Shown here: positions 40,121-50,900 of the stretch, one piece after another | Layout of the letters: each line of letters begins with the position of its first letter | How positions within the stretch are numbered: the first letter of the stretch is position 1 | NCBI GenBank assembly: GCA_030704615.1 | Contig: CM060734.1 | Span: 50,716,001 to 50,780,000 of the forward strand | Length of the DNA stretch: 64,000 nucleotides | Direction: 5' to 3' | From: Takakia lepidozioides | Taxonomy: Eukaryota; Plantae; Bryophyta | The notes under the pieces: model-generated | The model's input: the letters and a program-made list of their open reading frames with translations, nothing else | Databases searched by the model: none | What the model was told of the DNA's origin: nothing | Program-made: the position numbers and the translations under genes

Positions 40121-40524
40121 CCTGCATGGCAGTCAGGGGAGGGCCGGCATGTGCATTTCCCTATGACGTTCATATGAGGAGTTGCGGTTGCCCAGCGAGG
40201 CAAGATGCCGACACTAGCAGCATTCACAGCGGCAGTGAGTTGGCCTAGAGAGTTGCTTGAGGGCAATGCTCATTCAGAGGATGTACCACCTCCGGGAGAG
40301 CAGGATGACATGTATGGTATGGCGGAGTTGCCTACCATGGTTGCTCAGACTCCATTGTGGGGCACGAGCAAGGATTTGCAGCGGGATGCTGATCGACGGG
40401 TGCAACAAGCCTGGGTGGAGGCTTTTGTACCGTCAGGAGAGGAGGAGAGTGTGGGGATTGCACCAGGACCACCTCAATTGTCTCCATTGGACACCACACC
40501 TATTGTGTGGCAGTATCCGGATGA

Positions 40525-41480
40525 AGGCATTTGTCTTCTGGACTTGTTTGGCGGGATCAGCACCGGATTGGCTGCTGTGTTACAAGCAGGTGTACGAGTT
40601 CGGCGTTACCTGTATGTGGAGAGGGATGAGACTGCACGACGCGTTTCACTTCGCCATGTTGCTCAGTTGGTGCAGCGATACCCTGAGTTGTTGTCGGTGT
40701 CTGCAATTCGTGGATATCAGCAGGCCTTGCCAGCAGACATTTCGTTGCTGGGGGCGCAGGATTTGGAGCGGGTTGGCTCCATTGATCTGGTAGTGGCAGG
40801 TTGGCCCTGCCAAGGCATTCATCAGCCGGGCATGGCAATGGATTGCAAGACTCGAGGTCGGGTCTGTTTTGGGAGATGGTGCGGGTTTTGCGCCACTTGC
40901 AGCTTCATCAAGCTGTATCTCCAGCATACATCTTGGAGAATGTGCCACTGATGGGCGATTCTCGGGCCAGGGTGATGGCCAGTGTGCATCAAGTCCGGTC
41001 GTGGCTTGGGTCAGCAGTGTTGCTAGATGCAACTACAGTGGGGTCACGGGCTCATCGTCCACGGCTATGGTGGACTAACTTGATGCCACCCGCACTGCTC
41101 AAGCGTGCATTTGATGGGGTGCAGCGGCCAGCACATCTCACAGTGGATAACATTCTGGACACAGGGAGGCAGTCTCAACGTGTGAGACACGATGACCGTT
41201 CGCCTTTGGCAGTGGTCAACAAGGTGGGTCAACCACGAGCAGCATTACCTACACTGCTCAGCTTCCCAGGATCGCATGCTTTCCGGGATAGTGGACCCGG
41301 CCTCCTGTGGGATGCTCAGTTGTAGCAGTTAGTGGAGCCTAATGCTACGAGCGTGAGCGGGCAATGGGTTTTACCACTGGTACCACGGCGGTGTCGTCTC
41401 TTTCTGAGGCATCACGTCGTCAAGTGTTGGGGCAAGCAATGGATCTCAATTGCTTGACCTGGATTATCAGCTTGGCTCTG
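40525..41480 (+). pseudogene. DNMT3-like C5 cytosine methyltransferase domain of copy 2
   Basis: LDLFGGISTG, YVERD, DLVVAGWPCQG, YILENV, AHRPRLWWTNL, ERAMGF, RRQVLGQAM. 1-bp frameshift just after PCQG. Confidence 0.92.
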
Positions 41481-41849
41481 GCTGAGCAACGCAGAGTGCG
41501 GAGTACACTTCCCTCAATGGTCTCTCTGCCTACCGAGACGGTACAGGCAGTGAGCGGGGGCGAGCATGTGAGGACCACGGGGTGCATGCATCCATGGCAC
41601 ACGTGGGAGGTGCTCGAGGTTCAGAGGGAGTTGGCAGCCAAGGCGGCTGTGATGGATGAGGTTGGGGATTCTTCTCGGGTTGAGGAGGTCCTCAAGGATG
41701 AGATGATGAGGCAGGATGAGGCCTTGTCATTGACTGAGCAGGCAAGGAGTACTGCTCAAGAGGTTGCAACATAGCAACCATTGGACGCGTCCTCTACCTC
41801 TAAGCCCACTGGACTTAAGGTTGCAGTTACGGAGGACAATTGGGAGCCT

Positions 41850-43270
41850 AACATTGGACCCATTGTCACCGGAGGAGAGAGACGACGTATACGGCGGTTC
41901 CTGAGGGCTTACAGGAATTGCTTTGCCTTCAGTTTGAAGGACTTGGGAGCACTGAAGGGTCAAGAGATCCGTATTGAGTTGGCCACTGACACGCCAATCT
42001 TTCGGAGACCCTATAGATACAGTGACATGGAGAGGTCTTTGATTCAGATGAGGACTCAAGATCTCTGGGAGGCAGGTTTGGTGGAGCTCTCTGGTGGAGA
42101 GTATGCTTCAGCCACAGTGATGCCAGCCAAGAAGGATGTCTATGGCAATTGGACGGAGAGACGTATGTGCAGTGATTACCGGCCTGTAAATCGTCAGACC
42201 AAGTCCGATAAGTATGCCATGCCAACACCAGAGGAGATCTTTGATGCCATCGGGCATGCTAAGGCCTTTAGCACTTGGATTTACTATCCGGATATCACCA
42301 ATTGCCAATCAAGGAGTTGGACAAGCAGAAGACGGCATTCTGGGGGATCAATGAGCACGGCAAGGATTGCCTATATCAGTGGCGGTTCTTACCATTTGGG
42401 CTAAGAATGCTCCTGCAGAGTTTCAGAGAGTCATGGATAGGATTCTAGCAGGGGTGGACTTTGCTCGGTGCTACATAGATGACATCATCATCTTTAGTGT
42501 TACGATGGAGGAGCATGAGAGACACCTTCAGGTGGTATTGGAGCGCTTGAGAGCGCACGGATTGAAGTTGCATCCGGGGAAGTGCAAGTTTTTCCACAAC
42601 CAGATTGAGTATCTGGGTCACATGATATATCCTGGAGGATTGGGGGTACAGCAGACTAAGGTAGAGGCCATTGCACAAATTCCACGCCCCACGGATGTGA
42701 GCCGAGTTCGAGCTTTCATGGGGTTGGCAAACTATTATAGACGGTTTGTCAAGGGATTTAGTACCATTGCAAAGGCTCTAACCAAGCTGACCAAGGTGGA
42801 CCAGGAGTGGCAGTGGGAAGATGAGCAGGAACGAGCTTTTCAAGAGCTCAAGGCGAGGTTGACCTCGGCGCCTATCTTGAGACGACCTATCAGGGGGCGT
42901 CCCTTTCAGCTGCATACGGATTGGAGCATGCTGGGGCTTGGAGCGGTACTCACACAGGTGGATGATGAGGGAAGAGAGTTCGTAGTGGCTTACGCTAGCC
43001 GCTCGAGCAACGCTGCAGAGGCTAAGTACAGCTCATATGAGGGAGAGTGCTTAGCTGCAGTGTGGGCCGTGGCACACTTCAGGTGCTATCTATACGACAA
43101 TCTTTTCACCCTTGTCACGGATCACCAGCCACTCAAGTGGTTGATGGAGTCAGACAAGCTTACGGGGAAGCTTGCACGGTGGGCTCTTATACTCCAGAAG
43201 TATGACTTTCAAGTTGTGCATCGACCGGGTTTGGTCAATCGGGATGCGGATGGATTGAGTCGCAATCCAT
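41850..43270 (+). pseudogene. pol: Reverse transcriptase and RNase H of copy 2
   Basis: DYRPVN, YIDD, LHTDWS, YEGECLA, VTDHQPL, DADGLSR; frameshifts near 42280 and 42400. Confidence 0.93.
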
Positions 43271-43659
43271 GCATGAGCCAGTAGGATGACACTGGAGCTC
43301 GGTGGCATGGTGAGACGGACGAGGAGATGGTGCCGGGATGGCACGCATCTGCATTTTTGTGTATCTTGGCATCGGGAGGTCAGATTGGACCTACAACAGG
43401 GATGACTGTAGACGGAGTGTCTGAGGACCCTGAGGCTAGTGATGAGCTAGGTGGTGCCAGAGATATACATGAGGATTCGGCTGTGTTGGACTACCTCCGC
43501 ACGGGAGACACGGCAGCCATTGTGACTGCCAGGGAGAGGGATCGGATCCTGCAACGAGCCAAGAGGTTCAAGTGGGAGGGGATACACCTACTTCGAGTGT
43601 GGGAGGATGGTCGGGTAAGGATTGTGCCTCACCCCACACAGCGTGCACGGTTAGTGCGG

Positions 43660-44907
43660 CATGCCCATGAGGAGTTGGGGCATTTTGGAGTGCGACGCAC
43701 TCACAGTTTACTGCAGGGGTAGTATTGGTGGCGTGGTATGCATACAGAGGTGCAACAGTTCGTGGCTAGGTGCATGGTGTGTGACAGGGTGCGTGCTTCA
43801 TTCAATGCCCCTACACCACAGTTGCATCCTTTACCAATCATGGGATTGGGCTACAAGTGGAGTCTTGACTTCGCAGGACCGTTGCCACTGACTATGCGCC
43901 ACCACAGATATGTGTTGGTGATGGTGGAGCACTTCTCCAAGTGGATTGAGTTGGTTCCATTGCCTGACAAGGCTAGTGAGGGGGCTGCGTATGCATTCTT
44001 GGATCGTGTGCTTAGCCGATTTGGTGCTCCAGCTGAGGTACTCACGGACCAAGGGAGAGAGTTCTTGGGGGAGTTTCAGGCTTTGTGTGATAAAGCCTTG
44101 ATAGACCACCGCACCACTTCTCGGGATCATCCTGAGGCCGATGGCTTAGCAGAGAGAGTTGTTCAGACGGTGAAGAGGGGGTTGCGCAAGTATGGCTTGC
44201 AGAAGGGACACCTAGGAGATTGGGATCTTCAGGTTCCTTGGTTAGCCATGGGCTACAGGTTCAGCAAACAAGCATCACTTGCCTCCTTCTCACCATATTT
44301 CCTTCTCTTTGGCCGAGAGCCGGATTTGCCTGCAGCCATTCGTAGGGACACTGCTCAAGTCCTTAACCTTGACGATCCGGACGTGTGGGTACGTGCATGT
44401 AATCAGCGTGCAGAGTTGTTCAAAAAAATCATGCCCATGGCTTTTGAGAACCTTGCCATTGCACAGCACCGTGATACGTCGAGGTATGCCACTATACGTG
44501 GTGGAGGATATCGTCCTAGGGTTCGGAGGTTTAGCCCTGGTGACTATGTTTATTTGCAGCAGACTGCTCCTACGACTCTGGATGTTACTGCAGGGCGTGT
44601 TATTCTGAGGGTTCGAGAGGTGTTGCCCTCAGGGGTCCTGATCTTGGAGGGTCGGGATGGCATGACTTGGAAGGACCATGTGCGTAATTGTGCGCCATGT
44701 CACATTCCCAATGTCGATGGCAGAGTTGACCCAAACTTGGCAGTGGTACCTGCAGGTTTGAGGTGCATGCTCTGTGGGTCTGCCAAAGGGGCAGCCACCA
44801 TGCTGGTGTGTGATCGATGCTCAAGGGGTTGGCATATGGGATGCGTGACACCACCTCTTGAGAAGGTTCCTGACGGAGATTGGTTGTGTCCACACTGCTT
44901 GGGATAG
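43660..44907 (+). pseudogene. DDE integrase with C-terminal PHD finger
   Basis: H....GHFG...C..C; SLDFAGP; LTDQGREF; DGLAERVVQ; PHD CMLC...CDRC...WH..C...P...VP.G.W.CPHC (44764-44898). Confidence 0.93.
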
Positions 44908-45152
44908 TGGCAGTGGACATGACTGGAGGCAGCTAACAAGACATGGGAGGCCAAGCTCATAGGAGTCAATACATGAGATCCCAAGCTCAAGTTCACAGGT
45001 TGCAAGACGGCGACTAACGATGGGGCAACTCTTGCATCCGGCCTCTTGATCTATCGAGTTTGAGTGTAGTAGGGATAGTGGTGGAGGACTTAGTGAGGCT
45101 ATGGTCACTATCACATCGTGTGGCTACCTGGACTTAGAGGGACCTAAGCACC

Positions 45153-45165
45153 AGCTAGGGGGGCG
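45153..45165 (+). promoter_or_regulatory. Polypurine-tract-like plus-strand primer site
   Basis: agcta followed by a G-run and cg, then AT-TG at the start of B1. Conserved in copy 1 (12775-12787). Confidence 0.8.
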
Positions 45166-45167
45166 AT

Positions 45168-45873
45168 TGTGTGGACTAGTGACTGCCATAGTGGGCAGCA
45201 TAGTGGCAGCCTAGTGACTGACTAGTTGTAGCCTAGTGGTTGGACTAGTGGCTGGACTAGTGGTGGACTAGTGGTATACTAGTGTGTGGTGTGCACATGT
45301 GTTGTGTGGTTTTGGACAGCGATGTAGTTGTGTAGCGATATGTATGCGCACGACAGCTGTCAAGTTATTTTACCACTAGTGTGAAACTAGCTAGGAAACA
45401 ACTAGCTTTTACATATTGACATTTGGGATTGGCCCAAGTGTCAATCCAGGGGTCCAGGCAGATTTAAGCCCTGGAGTGGTTATCTTCACGGCAAGCGCGG
45501 GAGGCTCATCTTTCTCGAGTTGAGCCTCACCGCGCCTAGCTATGGCGCCGTAGTGTGGATTCCCCATGGCGTGGGGTGCACTTGGCTTGACTTGTATTTG
45601 AGTGATGAGGTTATATATGCATGAGTTTATGCTTCAGCTTTGTGAGCTCGCATGAGCTTGTGCTTGTATTCTTCTTCTTTATCATTGTGTGGACTAGTGA
45701 CTGCCATAGTGAGCAGCATAGTGGCAGCCTAGTGACTGACTAGTTGTAGCCTAGTGGTTGGACTAGTGGCTGGACTAGTGGTGGACTAGTGGTATACTAG
45801 TGTGTGGTGTGCACATGTGTTGTGTGGTTTTGGACAGCGATGTAGTTGTGTAGCGATATGTATGCGCACGACA
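45168..45873 (+). repeat. B1-gc-A2-t-B2 terminal block
   Basis: B1 and B2 are 188 bp with one visible mismatch; A2 equals A1. Confidence 0.95.
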
Positions 45874-46641
45874 GGCCAGTCCCGCCACAAGGTTGAAGAC
45901 CATTTCTGGTTCTGCCATGTCCGCGACTTCGAGCAACAGCACATTGAAAGCCTGGACATACCCCCGAATGTCATCTGTTTGCTTCAAATTCCTCATCTTG
46001 TCCCGGGCAAGCCAGGACGCGTTGAGGGGCACAAACTGTCTCTTCATCAATTCCTTGAACCCACTCCAGTTCAAGGTTTCCGGGCTTGGACCTCGGTCGT
46101 GAAGGCGTTTCTGCCACCATTGTTGAGCATAGCCCCTCAAATAGGTGGGAGCCACTTCCACCCGATCCTCGTCACTCAACTTGGCCGCCCGGAAGTACTG
46201 CTCTAGCTCCAAGAGCCAGGTGTTGAGTGCCTTCCGATTTCGGACGCCCTCGAAGGTGCCGGGTTCTTTAGGCTTCACCTTAAACTTTGCCTTAGTGGAA
46301 GTGGCATTAGCCGCCTTCAACACGTCTTTCAACGTCCCGCCAAACTGCGCCAACAACCCTTCCCAAAAGGCTGCCGGCATGGGAGGCATCTCTTGGCTTG
46401 TTGGAGCTCTCAAGGATTCCTCGGGCTCCGACTCCTCGGATTCCTCCCGCTCTTGGGCGGCCTCGTTTTCGGAAACATGAATCGCTTCCTCAAACGGCCG
46501 CCTCGGTGACACGTCGCCCCCATCGGGCTCACCGGGATCATCATCTTTTGGGCCGTTCCGCTTTCGCTTCGGCTTGCCCGACCCCATGATGAGGCCAATC
46601 CCAAGGACGATCGCGTACTGAACTCTAAGCTCTGATACCAA
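45874..46641 (-). pseudogene. gag: 5' part of host chromovirus gag
   Basis: KPKEPGTFEG...WLLELEQYF...YLRGYAQQWW...LKQT. Confidence 0.9.
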
Positions 46642-46642
46642 G

Positions 46643-47371
46643 TGTCACGCATCTCACTTCGGTAAGCTCCCCTTCAAGTCATAGTTACTCGCTTTGATGC
46701 GCGCGCCTGACTCCCAACCTGGCCGCCCGGGCCAACTTGGAGCTTCGGCTGCTCACCGGGACATAACGGTCCCCCCTTCGCTTCCCTCTAAACCCTCCAC
46801 CTAATTGGGACTAGGAGAATTCCCTTTGGTAGATGGCAGTCCGGAACAGCTCCCCACTCTTTGGTCGCTTTCCGGCTCGCTCGCTTACTCACTAGTTTTT
46901 GGTCACCAATGGGCTTGCACCGTTCTCGGGGTTACTACTCCCTATATATACTTCTGTAGCTGTCCGCGGGGGTTCCACAACCAGCCATGCCATTTTATGG
47001 CGAACCACCACGAAAACCCTCGACTCCCGGTGATGAGTCGCGGTGAGTCTTGGCCCGCTCACCACGGCCCCTATGGACCGTGATGAGTCCCAAGACTCCC
47101 CACGACTCCCACCACGAGGTCTCCGCCCCCATGGTGAGTCCTATGCCACCCCCACTAAGTCCCGCTAAGCTACCACCACCCCTTGTGGAGCCACCCCCAC
47201 CGCAACCCGGTGTGCGGGGCTCCACCTAGTGAGCGCCTCCGCCTCCTTGAGTGCCTTGGGCACTCAAGTGTGCTTCAGCCCCCCCCATACCTATCGCTGC
47301 CGCTGCCCCCACCACAGGGGCAGCCCCTCATGTGTCCCGACCCCCTGCCCTCAAGGCAAAGGGCCGCGACA
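46643..47371 (-). repeat. 5' LTR of the host chromovirus
   Basis: Adjacent to the initiator tRNA-Met PBS. Confidence 0.95.
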
Positions 47372-47962
47372 TAGGCCATGTATGATCGGGTGCGTACATT
47401 GGCTGAGGAGATGCGGTCAGGTGTCACTTGCTTGGTGGATGGTAGAACATAGCGGGCAGTATGGGGATGAGAACAGGTGTGGCCAAAAGATGTGTTTGCG
47501 TTGGTGGCCTATGTATTGGGCATACCTAAATTAGAAAAATGTCAAAAATATGCCGCGCTCATCCTCGCAATCCGAAGACGGGGCTGGAAAACCGGTCCGC
47601 TAACCGTCATTACCGCCGGTACCTGAGGCGGCATTCATAACGCCAGTATTAATGACATACACAATAATTTTCAAATTCCCATCCTACCCATCCACAAATG
47701 CTGAAAAGAAATTCATCTCGACACTCCGATCACTCACAGCTATAATTACCAACAAACGCCAGCTGGAATCCGGCACCTCAAACGTCCCCTAGGTCTCCCA
47801 GGGTACCCAGGGGTACCACTATCTCCTCCGTTCTCGAATGTCATCGGGTGTCCCACAGGACACCCCCCCTCGTTATAAACCACCCCCGAAAGGGGGCAGT
47901 AGCCGCAAGGCGAAGTGGCTCTTAGTTACGCCGGCTTTGGCCGGAGTCTTCTCTCTCTCTCT
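47372..47962 (+). mobile_element. Remainder of the Dualen/RandI-like LINE: inverted CCHC piece, RLE C-terminus, 3' UTR, (CT)n tail
   Basis: 47377-47530 minus strand encodes CPLC...HLLSQC; 47534 onward plus strand encodes KCQKYAALILAIRRRGW...VITAG. Confidence 0.7.
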
Positions 47963-50900
47963 AGTACAACTAGCTTAAAGCTAAATAATTTCGATTTGAA
48001 ATAGATAATTGTTTTTAGACTTTATGAGGTTTTGGGACGTTCAATCCTTAATTTCATAAAATTATGTTTTGGGCATCTTTGCTTGTGGCATTAAAGATAT
48101 AAATTTATATAAATATTTTGGCATGGCACTCATGTACCTTACACTTTATTGTTCACTTCTCTATGTGATTGGCCTCTTTGAGAGTTTTCATTATTTTCTC
48201 TTGAATAATTTGATAATAAAGTCTAAGTTCAATCTAGTGTTGCGCGGATATTTGATTCATCGTCAAACCCTTGATAGATCCCAGCCCCGGACATATATAT
48301 GTGAATCTGCTAGAGGTCAAAATTCAAGTATCTTCCTCCCTTAAGAACCGCCGGATATAAAGAGATGGGATAACCGGATCCGGTTGAGAACCGGCGGTTT
48401 TGTATTTTTGTTTATTTGATTTGAACCGGAACTTCTCATTTTTTTCCCAAAAGGGAACAGCTGGGAGCGATAGGCCACTTAATTACAGTGAGAGAACACT
48501 CTTCACTTCATTTCTACTCATCACGTTCTCAAGGGCAGCGATGGATTTTTGAAAAGGTGACGGTTCTGGATCTTTTATGTTCTAGCCTAATCATTGTAAC
48601 TATTTTTCATTAGTATTTTTAGTACATGAGATTCTTAAGTTTGAATTATTTTATTGTATTAAGATATTAAACTTGGATTTGTTTGATAACCGGATACTGA
48701 ACCGCCGGAGGCCATCATGACATAAACTCCATTTGGCCATAACCCCATAGGGTTAAATTTTGTGTTTGTTGCCAACCGGCAGAACCGGGAAAGCTTCAAA
48801 ACCCCAAAACCAGAGGATGTGAACATAAAGTTGAAGTGAAACACCCCTAACCGGCTGATATAAAAAGCTCAATTAATGGCACAACACTGGTTCAATCGTA
48901 ACTTAATATGGAAAGAATGAAAAGTGAAAATGTGAAAGGGTAAGGCAGCCTCCAAACGAAGTGCAAACTTTTTGAAAAACGGACGTGTGGGTGCCATCAC
49001 GCCATTTAGCATTTTTTTCCTGGCAAATTTCCGCCAAGAGGCTCCCTTTTCCTTGGGCTCATACCACACTAAAGGAAAATGAAGGCATTTTTTTCCCAGT
49101 TTTTCTCCAAAATAATGAACGAGAGGTTGTCACCAGAAAATCCATAATGGACCTGTGAAGACATATAGTGACCTTTCTAGAGGTGCCAGTTTGCCACCCG
49201 GGCACTCGGTAGAATACACAGGTGGCCGCTAGAGCTACTTCTGAAAAATGAGAAAATAAAAAACTTATGCCTATCATTTTAGACCCCACAAAGTCCAACA
49301 TTTCTAGAATCGCCCAAATTGCCCGGAAAGTCTTATTAGCCCCAAGTGCATCGGGTAGGGACCCACAACATGAGTGCTTAGTGACATTTACGGCCAGTAC
49401 ATTCTTTTTTTGGAGGGCCGCATTCCACTGCATCATTGACTCCATCAAGCATAAGGAAAACGGCCCCTAGACCTGTCAAGGTGGCAAGCTCCCAATCACT
49501 TTGACAAGTTTTATTCGGCACGTTTTAGCTTGGCCCTGGCCTTCGCCATCGAACATACATGTCGGCAGCCCCACCCTGACCCCCCCCCCAATTAGGGCTT
49601 CCCCCGTCTAGTCAACCATCGATTTCAAGCCCCAAAAGGTTTTCTTTTCTTCCGAAAAAAGGAGACGCCTAGGTGCCACAGCTCACAAATCAGGCCCCTT
49701 AATTTTTTTAATTTTTTTTTAAATTTTTATGAAAAGCGAGTGGACGCTTGACACCCTTAATTTTTATAAAAGAAGGGGACAAAAACGTCCAGGCAATACA
49801 AAGAGGAAAAAATACTCTACAGAGTGCCATGAAGGCTGATCCCGGAACTGATCCCGGAAGGCACTGCTTCTGACACAAGGGAGGAGAAAATAGTGAGAGG
49901 AGAAAATAACCTCTTTAAGGATTTTGCATGGGACGGAAGGGGGAGAAGAACATACCACACCCGTCCAGGTAGCAGGATTTGACCCCAGAACCATCTTGGT
50001 GGCACTGAGTGCAGCACTATCCAACTACGCTACTACTGACTGTTGGTCAAAAGGTTAGTGTCTGGGGTGGAACTTTCATAGGTTTTGTTTTGTTCTGTTT
50101 TTTCTTAAGGGGAGATGCTGGATGAGAGCGGGGGCTGACATTTTTGGTTAGGGAATCATCCCCTTCCGAAGCTTCTCCCCAAGCAGCAACCCGATTTGGG
50201 TTGCTTGGGAGATGGTTAACGATAGAAATTGTTTAGATACTCAACATGTCCAATCACACAATTGCACAATAATTGTAGTATACAAACTTTAATAAAACAG
50301 CCTGTTTTTTAATTTCTATTTTTATTTATTTATTTATTTTAAAGCCTGCCATTGAGAATCCTATTTTAAAAAACCATATAAAAATAATTATTCACATGGC
50401 GGAGGTCACAAGAGGCACAGAATTTAGGTGTGGATGTGAACACCATGTCTCACTCTGTGCTGGCAACAAACATCATTAATAATATGTATCCATAAAATGG
50501 CTACTGTCACTTTTTTCATCCACTTGAGGGCCTGTACATCCATCACAGGGACTTGTGTTTCTATCCAAAACATAGTAGGACACAGAGCGGGGGCCAAGTA
50601 TCGATGCAAACTTATCTGCATGCGAATAATAACTTAACTTAAGCAGTATCGCCACTAGCTAGTGAGCAGTCTTGTCATGATCCAGCAATTTGTTTCATGC
50701 GACTAGTTTCAATACTCTACTTTTCCTGAGTAGGGTGCCCTGGATTTTGTGGAGATACATACATTGCAGGGCTCTTTAGTAATTTTGGTTCACATGGATC
50801 GGTTTCTTGGATACTTGCAAAGGTGGACATGAGAGACCCGGAGAGCTCATACACTGCTGCACCATTTCCATACCATGCGCACTGCACTGCACAGACAGCA

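Larger units (their letters stand above)
34811..45873 (+). mobile_element. DNMT-PHD Ty3/gypsy-type element, copy 2, complete, with split direct repeats
   Basis: Ends TGTCA...CGACA; 4-bp TSD GGCC; A1 34811-35137, B1 45168-45355, A2 45358-45684, B2 45686-45873. Confidence 0.95.
29347..47371 (-). mobile_element. Ty3/gypsy chromovirus (Galadriel-like), full length, defective, interrupted by copy 2
   Basis: LTRs 46643-47371 (5') and 29347-30072 (3'); TSD TAGGC; PBS TGGTATCAGAGC (46629-46640); PPT-like gataggggtgtg; gag-PR-RT-RH-INT-chromo. Clade label is tentative. Confidence 0.93.

Noticed and set aside
40525-41480. Bacterial restriction-modification methylase or contamination
   Set aside because: It is embedded in a retroelement polyprotein in two copies within intron-containing plant DNA, with no partner endonuclease.
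34811-45873. Classifying the split-repeat element as a DIRS/Ngaro tyrosine-recombinase retrotransposon
   Set aside because: No tyrosine recombinase motifs seen. It has an aspartic protease, an HHCC-DDE integrase, TG..CA ends and a TSD.
48310-50115. MITE or hAT-like element (clustered aaccgg motifs, cccttaag/cttaaggg ends)
   Set aside because: No convincing TIR pair with a matching TSD could be defined.
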